DNA of 54,560 nucleotides from Candidatus Omnitrophota bacterium (GTDB lineage: Bacteria; Omnitrophota; JAUWXU01), in the NCBI GenBank assembly GCA_034717435.1, contig JAYELI010000043.1, forward strand, positions 1 to 54,560, written 5' to 3'. Each line of letters starts with the position of its first letter. The first letter of the stretch is position 1. Positions 52,988 through 54,560 of the stretch are shown here, one piece after another. The translations under genes were made by a program, and so were the position numbers. The notes under the pieces were generated by a model. That model was not told where the DNA came from and ran no database searches. It saw nothing but the letters and a program-made list of their open reading frames with translations.

Positions 52988-53185
52988 TTAATTACTGACA
53001 CATGATTTCCTGAGTCGGTGTAACTCTTTTTCTATCCGCCTTAAGGATTCTTCCACATAACCATCTTCAAACCTGTCTGAATTCTCAATATTGTCCAATA
53101 CGCTCTGTAAAGCTGTAAGTTGAGAACGCAGGTAACTGGCTAGAAAATCCTTATTTAAACTTGACATAGTTTTTACACCCTGCAT
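52988..53185 (-). CDS. Small hypothetical protein (65 aa, helical/coiled-coil-like)
   Basis: The ATG is preceded by AAGGAGGTGA (12-nt spacing). It lies 43 nt upstream of the porin gene. I recognise no family. Confidence 0.4.
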   Translation of the reverse strand: MQGVKTMSSLNKDFLASYLRSQLTALQSVLDNIENSDRFEDGYVEESLRRIEKELHRLRKSCVSN

Positions 53186-53295
53186 ATTATTTTTTCACCT
53201 CCTTTCAGTGAGACCGCAATTTAGGGAACAAAGTGAACCTAAATTGCTTGGTCGAATTGATCCTTGACATCAGAGATGTCAAGGATCTTATTCCT

Positions 53296-53418
53296 TTATT
53301 TTTTTCCTTTCTTCAATATATTTAAAAACCCTTCTGATGTCTTTTTGCAAAAGCGATAATACAGAAACCCCATCAAGCTAAAACAGACTAAAACTATCAA
53401 CAACAAAATAATTTTCAT
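53296..53418 (-). CDS. Candidate 40-aa small membrane protein (MKIILLLIVLVCFSLMGFLYYRFCKKTSEGFLNILKKGKK)
   Basis: Not in the ORF track because it is under 60 aa; I translated it by hand. The ATG at 53418 is preceded by GGAGAG. It has one hydrophobic helix and a basic tail, and is the first ORF after the Pho-box promoter. Confidence 0.35.
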   Translation of the reverse strand: MKIILLLIVLVCFSLMGFLYYRFCKKTSEGFLNILKKGKK

Positions 53419-53445
53419 CTCTCCTTTTTCCTCTCTTCAGGCAAA

Positions 53446-53506
53446 AGTATATATTATCCCTGTGAAGAAAAAATTACAGGCAAGTGAATTCTTTGTGAAT
53501 TGTGAA
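53446..53506 (-). promoter_or_regulatory. Pho-box array plus -10 downstream of phoR
   Basis: On the minus strand, TTCACA/TTCACT boxes begin at 53506, 53499, 53488 and 53466; the last three lie in 11-bp register. Nine nt later comes TATACT (53451-53446). The geometry matches the pstS promoter. Confidence 0.45.
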
Positions 53507-53535
53507 ATAGAGGAGTTTTAAAGAAATGAGGCTAT

Positions 53536-54560
53536 TTAAGCCTTAGGAATGGTAAAGCTAAAAGTGGAGCCTTGGCCTAATACGCTTTGGACAGAAACTT
53601 CGCCATGATGGGCAGAGACGATATGTTTAACAATAGAAAGGCCGAGTCCTGTTCCGCCTAACTCCCGGGAACGAGCTTTGTCTATGCGATAAAATCTTTC
53701 AAAAAGTCGAGAAATGTCTTTTTCGGGAATACCAATACCGGTATCGGCAATATCCACTTGTATAAATTCACCTTGATCTTTAACCAAAATAGTAATTTCT
53801 CCCTGCTCGTTAGTGTATTTAATTGCATTATCTATGAGATTTAATAGAACCTGCGCAATTCTACCTTCATCGACTAAAATATTCGATATGTCTTTAGAAA
53901 TATTTATGTTAATCACAAGTGATTTAGCCTTTGCCTGGGCTTTCAATCCAGAAACAATGCGCTTAACAACAGGCTCTAAAGCAGCTGACTTTAAAATCAG
54001 CTTCAGCTTACCTGATTCTATCTTTGATAAATCTAAAAGGTCATCTATCAATTTTGCCAATCGGTCAGAATCGGAATAAATTATCTTCAAGAAATCTCTG
54101 GCGTTTTCTTTATCATCTAATGCACCTTCTAATAAGGTTTCAGCATAACCTTTGATACTCGATATAGGGGTTCTTAATTCATGAGAGACATTGGCGACAA
54201 AGTCCTGCCGGATCTTTTCCAGCCGCCTCAAACTCGTTATATCATGAAATACTAAAACTGCGCCCTCAGGTCTTCCTTCTCGAATAACAGGGGTTGCATG
54301 CACTAATAAGATTTTTTCCTCGGGAACAAAAACAGCTATTTCACGAGACTCAACACCTTCCTGCAGTTTTAAAACTGTATCGACAAGCTCCTGAATTTCA
54401 ATATTCCGTATTATCTCAAGAGGCTCTTTACCATCTGATTCTTCCTTAATATGTAAAAAATCTTTTAGGGTTTGATTCATTAATAAAATTGCCCCTTTTA
54501 AATCAACAACCATAACACCTTCAAACATACTTAAAAGTACGGCTTTTAATCTCGATCTGC
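53536..54560 (-). CDS. phoR: Phosphate regulon sensor histidine kinase PhoR-like, 5'-truncated by the window edge
   Basis: PAS (SMFEGVMVVD), H-box SHELRTPISSI, N/G1/G2 boxes. The reading frame stays open upstream of the track Met to position 54560. Confidence 0.8.
   Translation of the reverse strand, partial: RSRLKAVLLSMFEGVMVVDLKGAILLMNQTLKDFLHIKEESDGKEPLEIIRNIEIQELVDTVLKLQEGVESREIAVFVPEEKILLVHATPVIREGRPEGAVLVFHDITSLRRLEKIRQDFVANVSHELRTPISSIKGYAETLLEGALDDKENARDFLKIIYSDSDRLAKLIDDLLDLSKIESGKLKLILKSAALEPVVKRIVSGLKAQAKAKSLVININISKDISNILVDEGRIAQVLLNLIDNAIKYTNEQGEITILVKDQGEFIQVDIADTGIGIPEKDISRLFERFYRIDKARSRELGGTGLGLSIVKHIVSAHHGEVSVQSVLGQGSTFSFTIPKA

Overview
AT-rich 54.6 kb window from a diderm bacterium (lptD, lpxB and msbA are present). 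It has about 46 protein genes and 6 tRNAs. Almost everything is on the minus strand; only a Gfo/Idh/MocA oxidoreductase and lpxB are on plus.

Gene content from left to right:
- a UDP-sugar epimerase/dehydrogenase pair, then lptD
- two tandem GAF-GGDEF cyclases, an orphan MalK-like ABC ATPase, accD, tRNA-Thr
- a phosphorelay operon (PAS protein, dCache kinase, REC-kinase hybrid, CheY-like REC) that ends in an orphan PilB/GspE-type ATPase
- ROK glucokinase, tRNA-Phe, a DEDD exonuclease, a SYLF protein
- a tRNA Lys-Glu-Val-Asp cluster, then rpsB-tsf-pyrH-frr
- an ~18 kb run of nitrogen-transfer enzymes: trpG, trpE, nagB, purL, carB, carA, purF, gdhA, GMP synthase subunit B, hisF, DUF1846, pabB-pabC
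- mnmG, a GAF-ANTAR protein, msbA
- a complete Pho locus: a phoR fragment, two small ORFs, a porin, pstSCAB and phoU

I found no transposase, integrase, phage gene, CRISPR/cas or recognisable defence or toxin module. I cannot honestly point to a new multi-gene system.

The material worth a second look is:
1. CarA appears to have lost the Cys-His-Glu glutaminase triad. It sits in a cluster where several amidotransferase synthase subunits lack an adjacent glutaminase partner.
2. 7-bp tandem repeats (CAGAARN)n are embedded in-frame in carB, trpE and pstB.
3. Several families of structured or palindromic intergenic elements occur. They include a cloverleaf-like element in two copies (one nested inside another element) and a dyad-symmetric array of 4+4 heptads with 10/11/10 bp phasing.
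4. Pho-box arrays with 11-bp phasing are present.

All calls come from reading the ORF translations and the nucleotide text by eye. No database search, alignment program or folding program was run, and RNA and repeat coordinates were counted by hand.
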